Shown: positions 24,801 to 36,982 of the stretch, in pieces | How positions within the stretch are numbered: the stretch's first letter is position 1 | Layout: each line of letters opens with the position of its first letter | Source: Ptychomitrium polyphyllum | Lineage: Eukaryota | NCBI GenBank assembly: GCA_973851085.1 | Contig: OZ316775.1 | Location: forward strand, 1,116,001 to 1,180,000 | Direction: 5' to 3' | Length of the DNA stretch: 64,000 nt | The notes under the pieces: model-generated | Told to the model about the DNA's origin: nothing | The model's database searches: none | The model's input: only the letters and a program-made list of their open reading frames with translations | Translations under genes and position numbers: made by a program

Positions 24801-26929
24801 TACTTTTGTTCCAGAAAACAATTATTCCAGTGCCATAAGAAAAGACCACCTTTACAGCGGGAATTCTCAAAGCGCCATACCATCACCAAGAAAACTTATT
24901 TCCCATTTCCAGCGGCAGGAAGATCAAGAGGCTGGTCCAAGCTTCTGCTCACGATGCCACAAAACCGTCCGGATCACAAGAAATAAGACGAAGCGGAAAG
25001 TGGACAGCAGAGAAGCAAGGGGGAGCACCACATGGTTCCCCTCAAGATTCCATGTCGGTGAACGGAAGACCACGCTCCACAGAGCCTCCAAGTTCTCGGC
25101 AGAATGGAAGTGGGAACGCAGCCGGGGAACGCCGAATGACCAGGTCAGATAACCCCTTTCGCCATTCCCGAATACCAGGCCCTTCACTGATTGACTTTCA
25201 CCGCATGGGTCCCACACCCCCCGTAGCCGCCACTTCTGGCAGTGCATCTCCCAACGACGTCCAACATTCATCCATAATCTCGCGCATTTTCCATCGCCCC
25301 CATGGCACCTGTCTCCCCCATGTGGGGGCCCCTTAAGCGCCGGTGAGCGTCTGCCACTTCCAATCAACTGGTCATCACTGCCTGTCACCCACTTCCTTCA
25401 AAGTATAATAAGCAAAATATTACATGCATGCACAGAACCTGGAACTTAACAAACACTCCTTGACGATGTCTCCATTGGCTGAAGATGACTCATCACGGAT
25501 TGCTTGATACCGTCTCTGCCTAAGCAACATGCTATGGGATGCATACCCGAAAACCGTCACTTCACTATAAATGAACATTATCTACCACAGGTTTACATTT
25601 GCTATCCTGAAGTCTAGGAAGGACGTAGATCGTGTCGGTGTCAGGTGTGCTTCCCGTGAGGGAGGTATAAGTGAGATTACTCCAGAGCTTCAGTGATGTA
25701 TTGATTTGTTGGTAGTAGTGGATTAGGAAGATTAACCGCCGCAGTTATGCAGGCTTTGGGTAGAGGTTCTCGTTTTAGTGAGTTGGTAACTTGGTCTTTG
25801 CGTCCGTTAGTTTGGCTGTATCTGTAACAGAGGGAGGGAGAGAGAACGAGGGGAGAGGAGGAGTGTGTTTCGTCTGCAAACTTGGCGCTCGTTTCTGGCT
25901 CTTGGACCGAAGGTGTTGCTTCTGGAGTTCTTCTTAGGGTTCTCTTCTCTGTTCCCCCAGCTCATTCTTCGTGCATGTAAAGCGGCTGCAAATCAGGTGA
26001 AGTTGCGTTCTTGATTCTTGTTTCTTTCGGTGATGGTGATGGTGCAGATTCTGGGTAGCGTTTCTGAGATGGGTTTCAAGTGAGGCCTAATAAAACAGGG
26101 CTCTTCTGTGACTCATTCGTGTTAGAGAGGAGGAAAGACTGGAGCCTTGCTCGAGTTCATTTCAACTTTTGTAGAAAAAAGTTTCGGTTTTGTTTTTTGA
26201 ATTTTTTTGGTTTGGTTTTCTCCCCTGTTTTTTTTGGTGTAGTGTGTGGTTGGTGGCGTTTTTTGGGTATTGAGTTGGATTAGGGAGAGGACGTCTCGAA
26301 AGAGTGACATGGGGTGCGGAGGCAACTCTTTGCACGTGCAGGACCATGATTGCCTGTGCGTTTTCGACCAAAAGCTGAAGCTTTGGTGTTCGCTGCGCGA
26401 TCTGTGAACTTCAGGCCTGTCCAGCTGCTGTGCTCGGTAAAGTAGTTGTGTGTGAATCGTAGTGAGAGGCCCACGTGGTGCTTTCATTTGAGGTGAAAGT
26501 TAGGTAACTCTTGGCAGATAATTCGGGGAGATCCCTGACTCTGGTGTGATTCTTGCGAGGAGCTGGTGGCCTGCTCGTTTTTACATAATTGTGGAATATG
26601 TGGCATCAATTCAGTTTCCAAAGTCATGTTTTGCAGTAGCGTAGCTGGATGTTTCTAATAGAGAATGTTCCTGATGTTGTAGCTGTTCTTGCGCTTCAAT
26701 CTGTCCAGGATGTTGGCCTGTCTCACGATGTTTTCTCTCGTTGGTCACAGGAAAATCCACTACTATTTGAGCGGGTGCAGTTGTGGTTGTCTTCTATATG
26801 TAGTTTGACCACGAGCAGACTGATGCAGTTAAACTTGTAGCAACGATGGAGAAGAGAGTGTGCAAGTGATTATGCTGAAAATCTCAGAAGGAGAGGGGCA
26901 TTTGAATCTGTGGTGCCTCTCTCGCTTCA

Positions 26930-28063
26930 ATGGCCAGGGAGGTTCTTACCCCCTCCACGACCCAAGGCTTTTGGGGTCCCATCACTGCAAGCACAGAATG
27001 GTGTGAGAAAAACTATGAAGTCACACCTCTGGTTGCTGAGTTCTATAATACTATATCTAATATCCCGGGTATCGTTCTTGCATTGATAGGTGTCTATTAC
27101 TCGATCAGTCAAAAATTTGAAAGGCGGTTCAGTGTTCTTCACTTGTCAACGATTGCGTTGGGCATCGGCAGCGTTCTCTTTCATGCTACGCTTAAACATG
27201 CGTAAGCTCTCTTGCACTATCCTTCAAGGGTTGTGTCCAGGAAATTACCATCTTCTACTTGAAGCATCAGTAAATTCGTGTTCCACAAACTGTTGGATGC
27301 GTTTTGTGTGATTGAATTTGATACCAATGATGTTCTTAGTCTTCGATGTAATAGCTTTTAAAAATATTTCACTCTGGTTTTGTAGATAGAATCTTTCAAT
27401 TGGTATTTACTGTAGCTATTGCTGGCTGGGTAGGGCTATTTGCACTACTTCACAGATTGACTTAGATATCGTTTTTGCGGTTTGATCAATACTGACTACT
27501 TGTCTGTCTGTGCTTTTGATTGATTTGCTATGAGCAGTCAACAGCAGAGTGATGAGACGCCGATGGTATGGGCAATGCTCCTCTACATCTATGTACTTTA
27601 TTCTCCTGATTGGCATTACCGCAGTACAATGCCTACGGTTCTCTTCTTGTACGGAACTATCTTTGCCATTCTACACTCGCAGTTTAGGTTTGTTGTGGGA
27701 TTTCAATTGCATTACGTCTTTCTGGCGTTGCTTTGTTTCCCAAGGATGTACAAGTATTACATGCACACCAAAGATCCACTGGTGAGGAAATTAGCTTATC
27801 GGTATGTTCTGTTTCTTGTTCTGGGTGCGATATGCTGGCTGGCTGACCGGCACTTGTGTAGCTGGATATACAAGCTGCGGGTAAATCCTCAAGGCCATGC
27901 TGTGTGGCATGTGTTGATGGGGTTCAACTCATATTTTGGCAATACATTTTTACAGTACTGCCGGGCACAGCAGCTGAGCTGGAACCCGAAGATTGAATAC
28001 TTGTTGGGAATTTTACCTTACGTAAAGGTTCAGAAAAGCGATACTGAACGAAAGGACCAATAG
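26930..28063 (+). CDS. ACER: Alkaline ceramidase (ACER/CES1-like), copy 1, 265 aa. Exons 26930-27201, 27538-28063; probable 5'-UTR intron ending 26840
   Basis: FWGPITASTEWCEKNY, AEFYNTISN, GS..FHATL, QQQSDETPM and NPQGHAVWH are ceramidase/CREST motifs. The phase-2 intron GC|gtaagc ... gagcag|T gives a 798-nt CDS. Confidence 0.95.
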
Positions 28064-31000
28064 TGGGTCTACTTACTAGCATCCCGAGTTTATATGATCC
28101 TCTGTGCATTCTTGGTTGAGCATGTAGTAGGTGTTTGGTTGCTGGGAAGCTATAATGTTAGGGAAAGTGATGTATAAAAAGCAACTACTGTAATGTATTC
28201 CTTGTTTCGAATAGCTGAATACTTTTAAGTCTGTGCTATATCTCGTACAGATTCTATTGTATATTCTGTATTTTATGAGTTAGTAGTTTGTGATGGTCGT
28301 GCAATCATTGAAATTAGGCGAGGTAGACAATGGGATTAACTCAAATCGATCAGAAAGAATTTGATGTGATGTCTTCTTTTGGTATTAAATGAGTTCTAAG
28401 TGTTCGCATGTCATCTTTTATCAAAAGTCCTCTTGCTTGCACTCGGTTTATGGTTGTTTCGAACCAGTTGACTTGCCCAATTGTTTCGTGTTGGTTCATA
28501 TTGCACTTGACAGATTTGCTTTCTCAAGCGCATGATCTGCAGGTGCAACAGGGAGAGAGCTGCTAGTGACGGTGGATCCGGTGTGTTTGGTCACTTTACC
28601 TTATATGGTCGTGAAAGAGTGTATTTCTTACATGTATATTGACTGCCTTGGTCTCTAGAATTTACAGTTTCAGCATATTTAGAGTCTTTGCTTCCCTCAC
28701 CTTCCAACCTCTGTAGTCAGTGTTTCTGATGTACTTCTTATCTGGGCAAACTTACATCTGCCAGTTTTCTATAAATTTGTCTCATATTCTGAGTCTCAAC
28801 CAGAAGCTGATAAGGCAAAGACGCAACCTGACCAGGCCACTCACGTACTTGCCCTGACACCCAGCTCAGCTATGAATGCCCATGATTATATATTTGTTTC
28901 TGGAACACTTGACGAGCCTGGCAGCATCCAGTACTACGGTAAAAGCATTCTGCAGATCTTTCCTTTAAAATATCGATCAGCGCTGTAAAGTCCCTATGTT
29001 GGATCATGATTCATGAGATTTAATGCCGGGTGGGCTCACAGAAAATATGGCTTTTCAGAGAGTAGGGCTTTACCGTTGCTGTTGGTTGCATACCCGCCCA
29101 CTATACAGCTGTACTGTACTCAGTAATTGGCAACAGCAAGTGAAGTTGAGTTCTGGGAATCTGTATCAATCGTTGAATTATCAGTTCGTAATCGTAAATG
29201 TACAGTTATACATGTCTTATGCATTGAGCTGCCTTGCTACAGACATGAATTCGTTAAGTTAGCCCAACATTTCTGCCAACTACCATGCCAGATCCACCTG
29301 TTAAGGTGACTCATTTTGCATATTGGGTGGAAACACCGACACCTGTGGACAGTGGCCTTAGGAATCAACCAGCGCAAGATTGACTGCATGCCAAAGTCCA
29401 TGAGATGCTCCTAGAGCTGTAGAATTTGCAAAAAGCACCGTAGGTCAACAGACAGGAAGAATGCACTACACAAGTGACAACTGGAGCGATGTCCTTAAAT
29501 TAGGGCTGTGGCGCAACCCTAACATTTTCCCAGTGCCGACCAATATTAGCATGAATTGGGGGGCAGAGTGGCAGTGCTCTTACCAGATTCACCGTCACGA
29601 GCAGGAAAGCTTCGCTGCAGTTGGTGTGATGTTACTGTAGCACCGGAGCCCTGGTCAAGTTGTGTCTGCCGGTGGGAGCGCGGGAGGGAGGGATTGATGA
29701 GTTTGCAGGTGGTGGGGTTTGGGTGTTTAACCGCTGCCCTTGGAGCCACCACATCGCCAGTGGGCCGTGGTTTGTCTGTCTAACCTGAAAGCAGCGCCAG
29801 GCTTGAGTAGCGCTGCTGTGAACCTATCCGCCGTGGCGAACTCTTTTTCCGTCCATCTCTCTTTAAAGTTGTCTACTTTCCTTAGGGTTTGGTCCAGTTC
29901 GCCAGTCTGCGAAGCTGCAGGCTGCAGCTGCTCTTGTTGTGCATGCGGGTGGTCGACTTCCGCCGTTCTGCCGTGCAAATTCCAAGCGGGTATGTACATG
30001 TCACCGTCGCATCTACTATTTTGGGAATTCTAGGTTTGGGGCGGTGAACTTGTGGTGGATGGTCGGTGTGTGTTTGCATTTTTCGAGGGGCTGTGCGTGA
30101 CTTTGGGTTTTATCGTCTTGATGCGATTGAATCGTGAGGAGGAATGAGTGAGTTTTTGGGTTCGAAGGTGGTTGCTTTGAGTTTTGATGATACGTTTAGC
30201 CTTAGTATTTGAGAAGGAGATGTTTGGTGGGTGGTTTCAGTTGATCGGTTGTGGTAGGACTGCCCCAGCTACTGGATGCGATCGTTTTTGGTTTTGTGAG
30301 TCTTTCACTGACAGCCCCGCTTGGGGTGAAGCGTAGAAGAGATCCGGGTTGGTTTTATGGCCCTCTGCAACCTGGGTGTGTCCTTCATGCGGGGAGTGCA
30401 ATTTCTGTTTTTTCGCTCTTTGGGAGAGTTTCCTCTGATTTAGCTATCGTATTTGGTTGCCTAAGGTGTTTTAGAATATAGATCGTTGCTTTACTTGAGA
30501 AGCGGCACTCTTGTGATCGTATTTTAATTCCAGGGTTTTTCGGTAAGGGTCTCCAGTAATCGCGAAGTTTTCTGATGGAATTTGCAAGAATACGTTAGGT
30601 TTTTGAATATGGTGGGCTTGAATTATTGGTGTATTTTTTGGAGGTTTAAATGCTCATTTTAGAGATGGATTCACCTTGATTTTGAAAGTCATTTGTGCTG
30701 GATCTTGTAGTAGGCAGTCTAGTTCAACAGTGTGCAACTTTTGAATGAGGTGGAGGCAATAGCGCACGGAAGGTTGGTTCTTTACACAATGCACATGCAC
30801 AGGGTTTTAGTGCTGATGTACCAGTGATAATTTACAACGGTGGTAGAACCGAAGAGTGCTCAATGGTCGATGGTGATTGTCGTTGGCAAAACCAGAGTAT
30901 TTTTAAATCTGAGTGGAATCTTCAAGTGAATTTTCATGATTACTTCGTTCAATATTAGTGGCGAGCATTTTTTTCTTGTGTGGAACTGGTGGCGTGAGCT

Positions 31001-31448
31001 TGTTTGGAGTACTTCTATATGGCCTGTGTGAAGCTTCCGATAATATGCAATTGCTTTGTATGTTTGGATTTTGATATGCTTCTCAATAAGGATATATCTT
31101 CTAGTATGAAGTGGTTTCGTCCTAGTAATAACATCTTATCGAGATTGGAAGATAAATAAGAGGGGTGATGTTCTTGATTTTTTGTAGTGGTGACATTCTT
31201 GGTATGAAATTAGAGCATGCAAGCCTTCAAACCTGGAGCCCACTTATGTAATTTTACGAAACGATGTTCTTAAACTCTTCTTTTGAAGAGATTTTGTGTG
31301 TTAATCATGTGAAGCTTTGTATTTTTCCAGGCTTTACTTCAGGAGCATATATAGTACAACTGCAAGCAATTACGGAGAAGAGAGTTCAATTTGAAAAGTT
31401 GTCGAGCTGGAAAAGTTGGATTTAACCTGTTGAATCTCTTCAAATTCA

Positions 31449-32435
31449 ATGGCTGGATTAATGTCAGAATGGAATCAGGGGTACTGGGGTCCAATCACTG
31501 CGAGCACCGAGTGGTGTGAAAAGAATTATGAGGTCACACCTATGGTGGCTGAGTTCTACAACACCATATCCAATATTCCGAGTATCATTCTTGCATTTGT
31601 AGGCCTATATTACTCAATCAGCCAAAAATTTGAGCGGCGTTTCAGCGTTCTCCACTTGTCGACGATTGCTTTGAGTATTGGCAGCAGTCTCTTTCACGCC
31701 ACACTTAAATATGCGTAAGTGCTTTTTCTAGGCCCGTAAGTTGTGTCCATAGGATTTGCATACCTTCATACGCGTCCATTATGTGAATTTTCATTGCGGA
31801 TATAGTTTTTCTGGCCCTAAAATCTTGTATTATTACACGGTTGAACATGCCTAAATATCTAACCACTTCTTGTTTTGTTTGCATGCATGATTTTCATGAG
31901 CAGTCAACAGCAAAGTGATGAGACACCTATGGTATGGGTGATGCTCCTCTACATCTATGTACTTTATTCTCCAGATTGGCATTACCGCAGTACAATGCCC
32001 ACTGTGCTATTTCTGTATGGAACCATCTTTGCTATTCTGCATTCGCAGTTTAGGTTTGTTGTGGGATTCCAGCTCCATTTCGTCTTACTGGCGGTGCTCT
32101 GCCTCCCAAGGATGTATAAATACTATATCCACACCCCAGATCCGGCATTCAGGAAAATAGCTCACCGCTATATTTTGTTCCTTGTTCTGGGTGCATTGTG
32201 CTGGTTAGCTGACCGGCATTTATGCAACCAGATTTCTAAACTTCGGGTAAATCCTCAAGGCCATGCCGTTTGGCATGTGTTGATGGGGTTCAATTCATAT
32301 CTTTTCAATACAATGCTACAGTATTGCCGGGCGCAGCAGCTCAACTGGAACCCGAGGATGAAGTACTTGTTGGGAATTTTGCCTTACGTAAAAGCCCAGA
32401 AAAGCGATGCTGATACTGAACGGAAGGAGCAATAG
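31449..32435 (+). CDS. ACER: Alkaline ceramidase (ACER/CES1-like), copy 2, 265 aa. Exons 31449-31714, 31904-32435; probable 5'-UTR intron 29990-31330
   Basis: Same motifs and same intron position as copy 1; 798-nt CDS; tandem paralog in the same orientation. Confidence 0.95.
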
Positions 32436-34326
32436 AAAGATTAATATGACTAACGTGTGCTTTGCGCGTTCTCGGTTAGGCCCTTGTGGGCTTTTGCAGT
32501 TATTAGAAATTACTGTATGGAAGCTGACCTTTGTAATCTATCGTTTGTTTTGATAGGTTCTATTTCTTTTGGCTGGCAATATTCGGTACAAATGTAATTA
32601 ATGGCTAGAAGTCATTAATTTTCGTTTTGTAATTTTAGTGGTATCCGGTGGGTTAATAACACCTAGTTAGGCTACAGCGGAGAACAAGAACGTTTTACTT
32701 AGTCTGAGGTGCTGGTGATTTGGTCGTATCTTTTCTGTTCTAGGAGTTGAGCTTTAGGTGCTGGCACTAAGTTTGACTGGGAGGTTGTTCTTTTTGCACG
32801 TCAATTTTCACTCGCTATGAAGAATTTTATGCTTGAGAGTTTGCAAACACGAAAGTTACTGGACCTTCTTTTAGAGTAATGAAATAATGGTGATTTTGGT
32901 TACTGTGGGCATGTAAGTCTGGGGTATGTTGAGAAGCTATTGTAAAAGTCTATTCTGCTTTCATCTACTAATCATGTTACAACTTTGCTCAACATTACAA
33001 CATATTACCAGGCTGTTGTTAACTTTTAAAGTTATTCCATCGTCAGTGAATCTTATTCACTCTTCTATATCACATCGCACATATTACTGTTTGTGATAGG
33101 GACTCCAATACTTAGTCTCGACGTCCTTTGAATTTATTCAGTTTTGGGTATTGAAGTTTGGATGGGGTTTGGAGTTACGAACCGACTGCACAACTACAGT
33201 ATGTTTTTTATTTCAGATTATTATGTACTGTATCAGTATCAAGGTTTGTGCTGGGGTTCTAATTCTTAATTGAGGATATCAATTTCATCTACTTCCTTAT
33301 TGCTGCAGTTTGTTTCAGATAATTGTAGAAAGATAAGAGGAATGACTGCCACGGGTATTCGTTCATTTTGTTTTTGTTTAATACATTGCAACACCTCAAG
33401 AAAATCCAGCGGCTCAGTCCTTTAAGTCGCTTATCATGTGAAGCTTTGTAAGTAACCTTGTAATTCAGCCTTTTATTCATGGAGCGACAATGACAAAGAC
33501 CTAAGTGGCAGGCTTTGCAAAATGGCGTTCATCAGAGATGAGTAGCTGGGATCACGCCCTCATGTCATGCAACAGAAGTTGGGCAGGTGGAGTGTAAGGC
33601 CCCGTACACAGCAACGTTAATATGGCTGCTTATCAAACTTTCCATCATGTAATTTCTCCTAGTCATAATTTCTGGATTAAATTTAGACTTTTCTCCAGGA
33701 AAGGACACTCTCCATTATCGATGACAATATTTCTGAAATCCCTCGACCAGCTCCCACTGCCATTGGTACCATCAAGTATTACCAGATCGCAACCTTTTAG
33801 GAGCGTATCCACAATACTTGCATGGTTTGAGACGAGATGCCTTTCTACTCCAACTAATTAAACACTCCTCCATGCCTAACCTACCATCGAAATACAGGAT
33901 TCTTCCTCAATCAGAAAACATCGTCAAGTAATCCTTACATTTTGATCTTTCATAGATCCACCGTAATATTGATGTCAATGGCTTGAACAATCAGTTGCAC
34001 TGTAAAGAACTTTTGCATATGTTGCGAAGGTTTTGCTTTCAACTTAGCAATTTTCAAATGTGCACAAAATTCTCTGAGGTACTTGAACTTTTCATCCAGT
34101 TATTCTCCTTTCTTGCAATTGAATTCAGGGCAGTAGTTGGCAGGATTGTGGCGATAATGCAGTGGAAATTAAATCACACCTAGAGAATCTTACCCTTGGT
34201 TGCGATGATTATTGTGGAGGCAGACCCGAGTGTCGCACGTTGCCCGTGATGAGTTTTGCAGCCAGGTCGTAGAAGCGGATTGAAATCTGCCATTGATGAA
34301 GCAGAACGAAGAAATTAACCAACAAG

Positions 34327-35767
34327 ATGATGCGAAACTCAGGAAGTTTGGTGCAATACATTTGCATCTACGCAACCCTATGCGGGGTAACGTCTCTGCT
34401 CGCCTTGTATGGCACCATGGAGCACCTCAACGTCGTCGCCAAACGCACGTCGAAGCGTCAAAGCAGAGACAACGTCGAAGCCGATATTGTAACCCAAACC
34501 GAAGCCATGGCGGACCGGTACCACGAGGACTTCGACAAGGACAGTACATTACGCTCTATCGACGTAAAGATGCAGCTCGTTCTCCAACGTGCATCCGCAG
34601 AGCTTACAAACTTCGGACGGCGCGTCACGAATTGGGACAGTAGGTAACCGGCGCCCAAGCGATACAAGGTCCTGCTCGTGTCGAGCTCGCATCCCAGAGA
34701 ATGCTAGAACGGGCACGGTGACCACGCGTTGCTGAAATCGTTGAAGAACAAGGTTGACTACTGCCGCCTTCATGGGATGGAGCTCTACCACAACATGGAC
34801 ATGCTCGATGACAAGAAGGTCGGGTGGTGGGTAAAGGTGTTCGCAGTTCACATGCTTATGCTTGCGCGCCCCGACGTGGAGTGGATTCTCTGGATGGACA
34901 GCGACGCCGGCTTCACTAACATGACCTTCGAGCTTCCGTTTGAGAAGTACAAAGATTTTAACATGTTGGTCGAAGGCTCGGAGAAATCAGTGTTTAAGGA
35001 GAAGAACTGGTTGGGACTTAACACAGGTACAAAACTCGAATCCCAAAACCTTTAAATCATAAACGCTATTGCTTTCCAGCAAAAGAGCATTGGTTTGTTC
35101 TAGAATTCAATTATGTTTCTCACACAGATCACTTGTATAATGAGCAGGCGTCATTCTGCTTCGTAACTGCCAGTGGTCTATCGATCTCCTCCACGAGTGG
35201 GCTCGCTTCAATCCCAAGGGGAAGGTTCGAGACGATGCCGGAGCTGTACTCGGTGAAGCCTTCCCCGATAGAGGAAGCCTCGAAGCGGACGATCGATGCT
35301 GTTTGGTTTATTTGCTCCTCACACAAAGGTAGAAATCTAGTACTGGACTTCGAACTCAATAGTTTAATGCAAAGAACTAGATGTGAACGTTTATGGTATC
35401 TGTTATTTGTGCATTTTGGCCACCGAAATGTTCTGATGATGGGTTTGTGAATTGGTGATGAGTTAAATTGATCAGGTCGCGGTGGGGGCCTAAAGTATAT
35501 CTGGAGCATTCATACCATTTGCAAGAATTCTTAGAGGTAATGGCGATGCACCCGAGCACGTTTCCGGGGATGGGAGTAACATGGTGGCCACTCGTGACGC
35601 ACTTCACAGGGTGTAAGTTCTGTTGTAGACTTCCAAACACGCACTACGATGTGGAGAATTGCCTTCGGCACATGGAGCGAGCTTACAAGATTGCTAATAA
35701 CCAAGTGCTGCAGCAGAGTGGCTACACTTATGTGTCCCTCCAGAGCTCTATCGTCAAGCACTTCTAA
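34327..35767 (+). pseudogene. GT34 glycosyltransferase (xyloglucan 6-xylosyltransferase / galactomannan galactosyltransferase-like) pseudogene. Exons 34327-35026, 35148-35328, 35476-35767
   Basis: GT34 motifs KVLLVS, GDHALLKSLKNKVDYCRLHG, WILWMDSD, WLGLNTG, LRNCQWS and WPLVTHFTGCK are present. In-frame stops TAA 34645-34647 and TAG 34705-34707 lie before the catalytic domain, and there are apparent small deletions. Confidence 0.8.
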
Positions 35768-36982
35768 GCGGCTGCGAAATTCTATATTGTCACACTAGAA
35801 TATTAGCTGCTACAAATCAGATGTCCAGACTTCATGCACATTACTGAGTGGATTCTGTGCGTAGTGACCTCCGAGAATTTTACTCAATCAGACTGCGCGT
35901 CCATCATGTAGATAGCTCATGTTCAGGTCGCACTAAGTACACGGCATTCGATCACTAGAATCACATATATTGAATATCTACGGTGCATGCAAGAGTATAA
36001 ATTTGGAAGTTTTAGGGGTTATACTATGTTATACCATTTGCTAAGTACCAACGTGCTAAGTACAGTAGGCAGACGTTCCTCAGATTGCAGAAAACCATGC
36101 TCCCCAACTCTCCAACATTTGAGCTAAGTCTCTTTCCCTGCAATGTATCTGGGATCGAACTCCAAAAAGCTCTAAGCATCTGTAGCTCTTTGGGATAATT
36201 GGCAGATGTCCAGTTAGTTCTTCAAGAAAAACTTCAAAGATGACTCCGAAGGGGTCGTCCGAAATGAAGCATCTCTTCATAATTTCTTCAATATATAACA
36301 GAGTGTAAAATGCAATCTCAACCATCCTACATGCAAGTAGGTAAACAGTATGCAGGGAAGCTGTTCCAGAAAAGCAACATGAAAGGAGAATTCTAGTAGA
36401 ACAGGTGATAATAGTACCGTATGTGCACATTGGTTATTCCACATCATACAAACAGTTTAGAGTCAAGTAATTGAACGTAAAAGTAAATTTTTCTGAAAAT
36501 AAAAAAATTAAGAAACAAGTTAGATTCTTCTATGGCTTTGTATGACCCAAGAATCAGCCACCTTTGGGCACACTAGCCAACTGGCATATTTCACGGGTCA
36601 CATGTCAACAACTCAAAAGACCAAAAGTCGATAGTTACAAGTACCGGCAAAGGTACAACCGCCATTTGTTGCGTACCATTGCATACTCAACCAAGTGCAC
36701 ACCAGCTCAATCGGCAGCTATAATATGAATGCCACTGTATAATTTCAATTCAGTGACTCAAGAACAGGAAAGGGTAGAAGTGCATCTCACCACCTTATGA
36801 TTTTACTTAATAAGTTGATTCAACCTTGAAGGACTTTGCAATGCGGTCGCTATCATTGTCACAAACGCTTTCGTCGTTCAATGTTCATAAAACTGCTATT
36901 GAATAGATCAAATCAATACAATCCAGAAAGGGTCCAGGTGCCTGTTCATGCGATGGGCTCCCAGTCTCCAACATCCTTTCTG

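Noticed and set aside
29546..30481. Several overlapping ORFs between the ACER copies as an antisense gene
   Set aside because: The region is better explained as the GC-rich promoter, 5' leader and first intron of ACER copy 2, mirroring 25.8-26.8 kb, and no recognisable domain is present.
34075..34100. LDEKFKYL (minus strand) matching LEEKFKYL of the LTI65-like protein
   Set aside because: The similarity does not extend on either side and is likely coincidence.
34644..34707. A small intron (AG|gtaacc...tgctag) removing both GT34 stops
   Set aside because: The 64-nt length causes a frameshift and deletes the conserved KVLLVS strand. The 54-nt alternative still meets the TAG.
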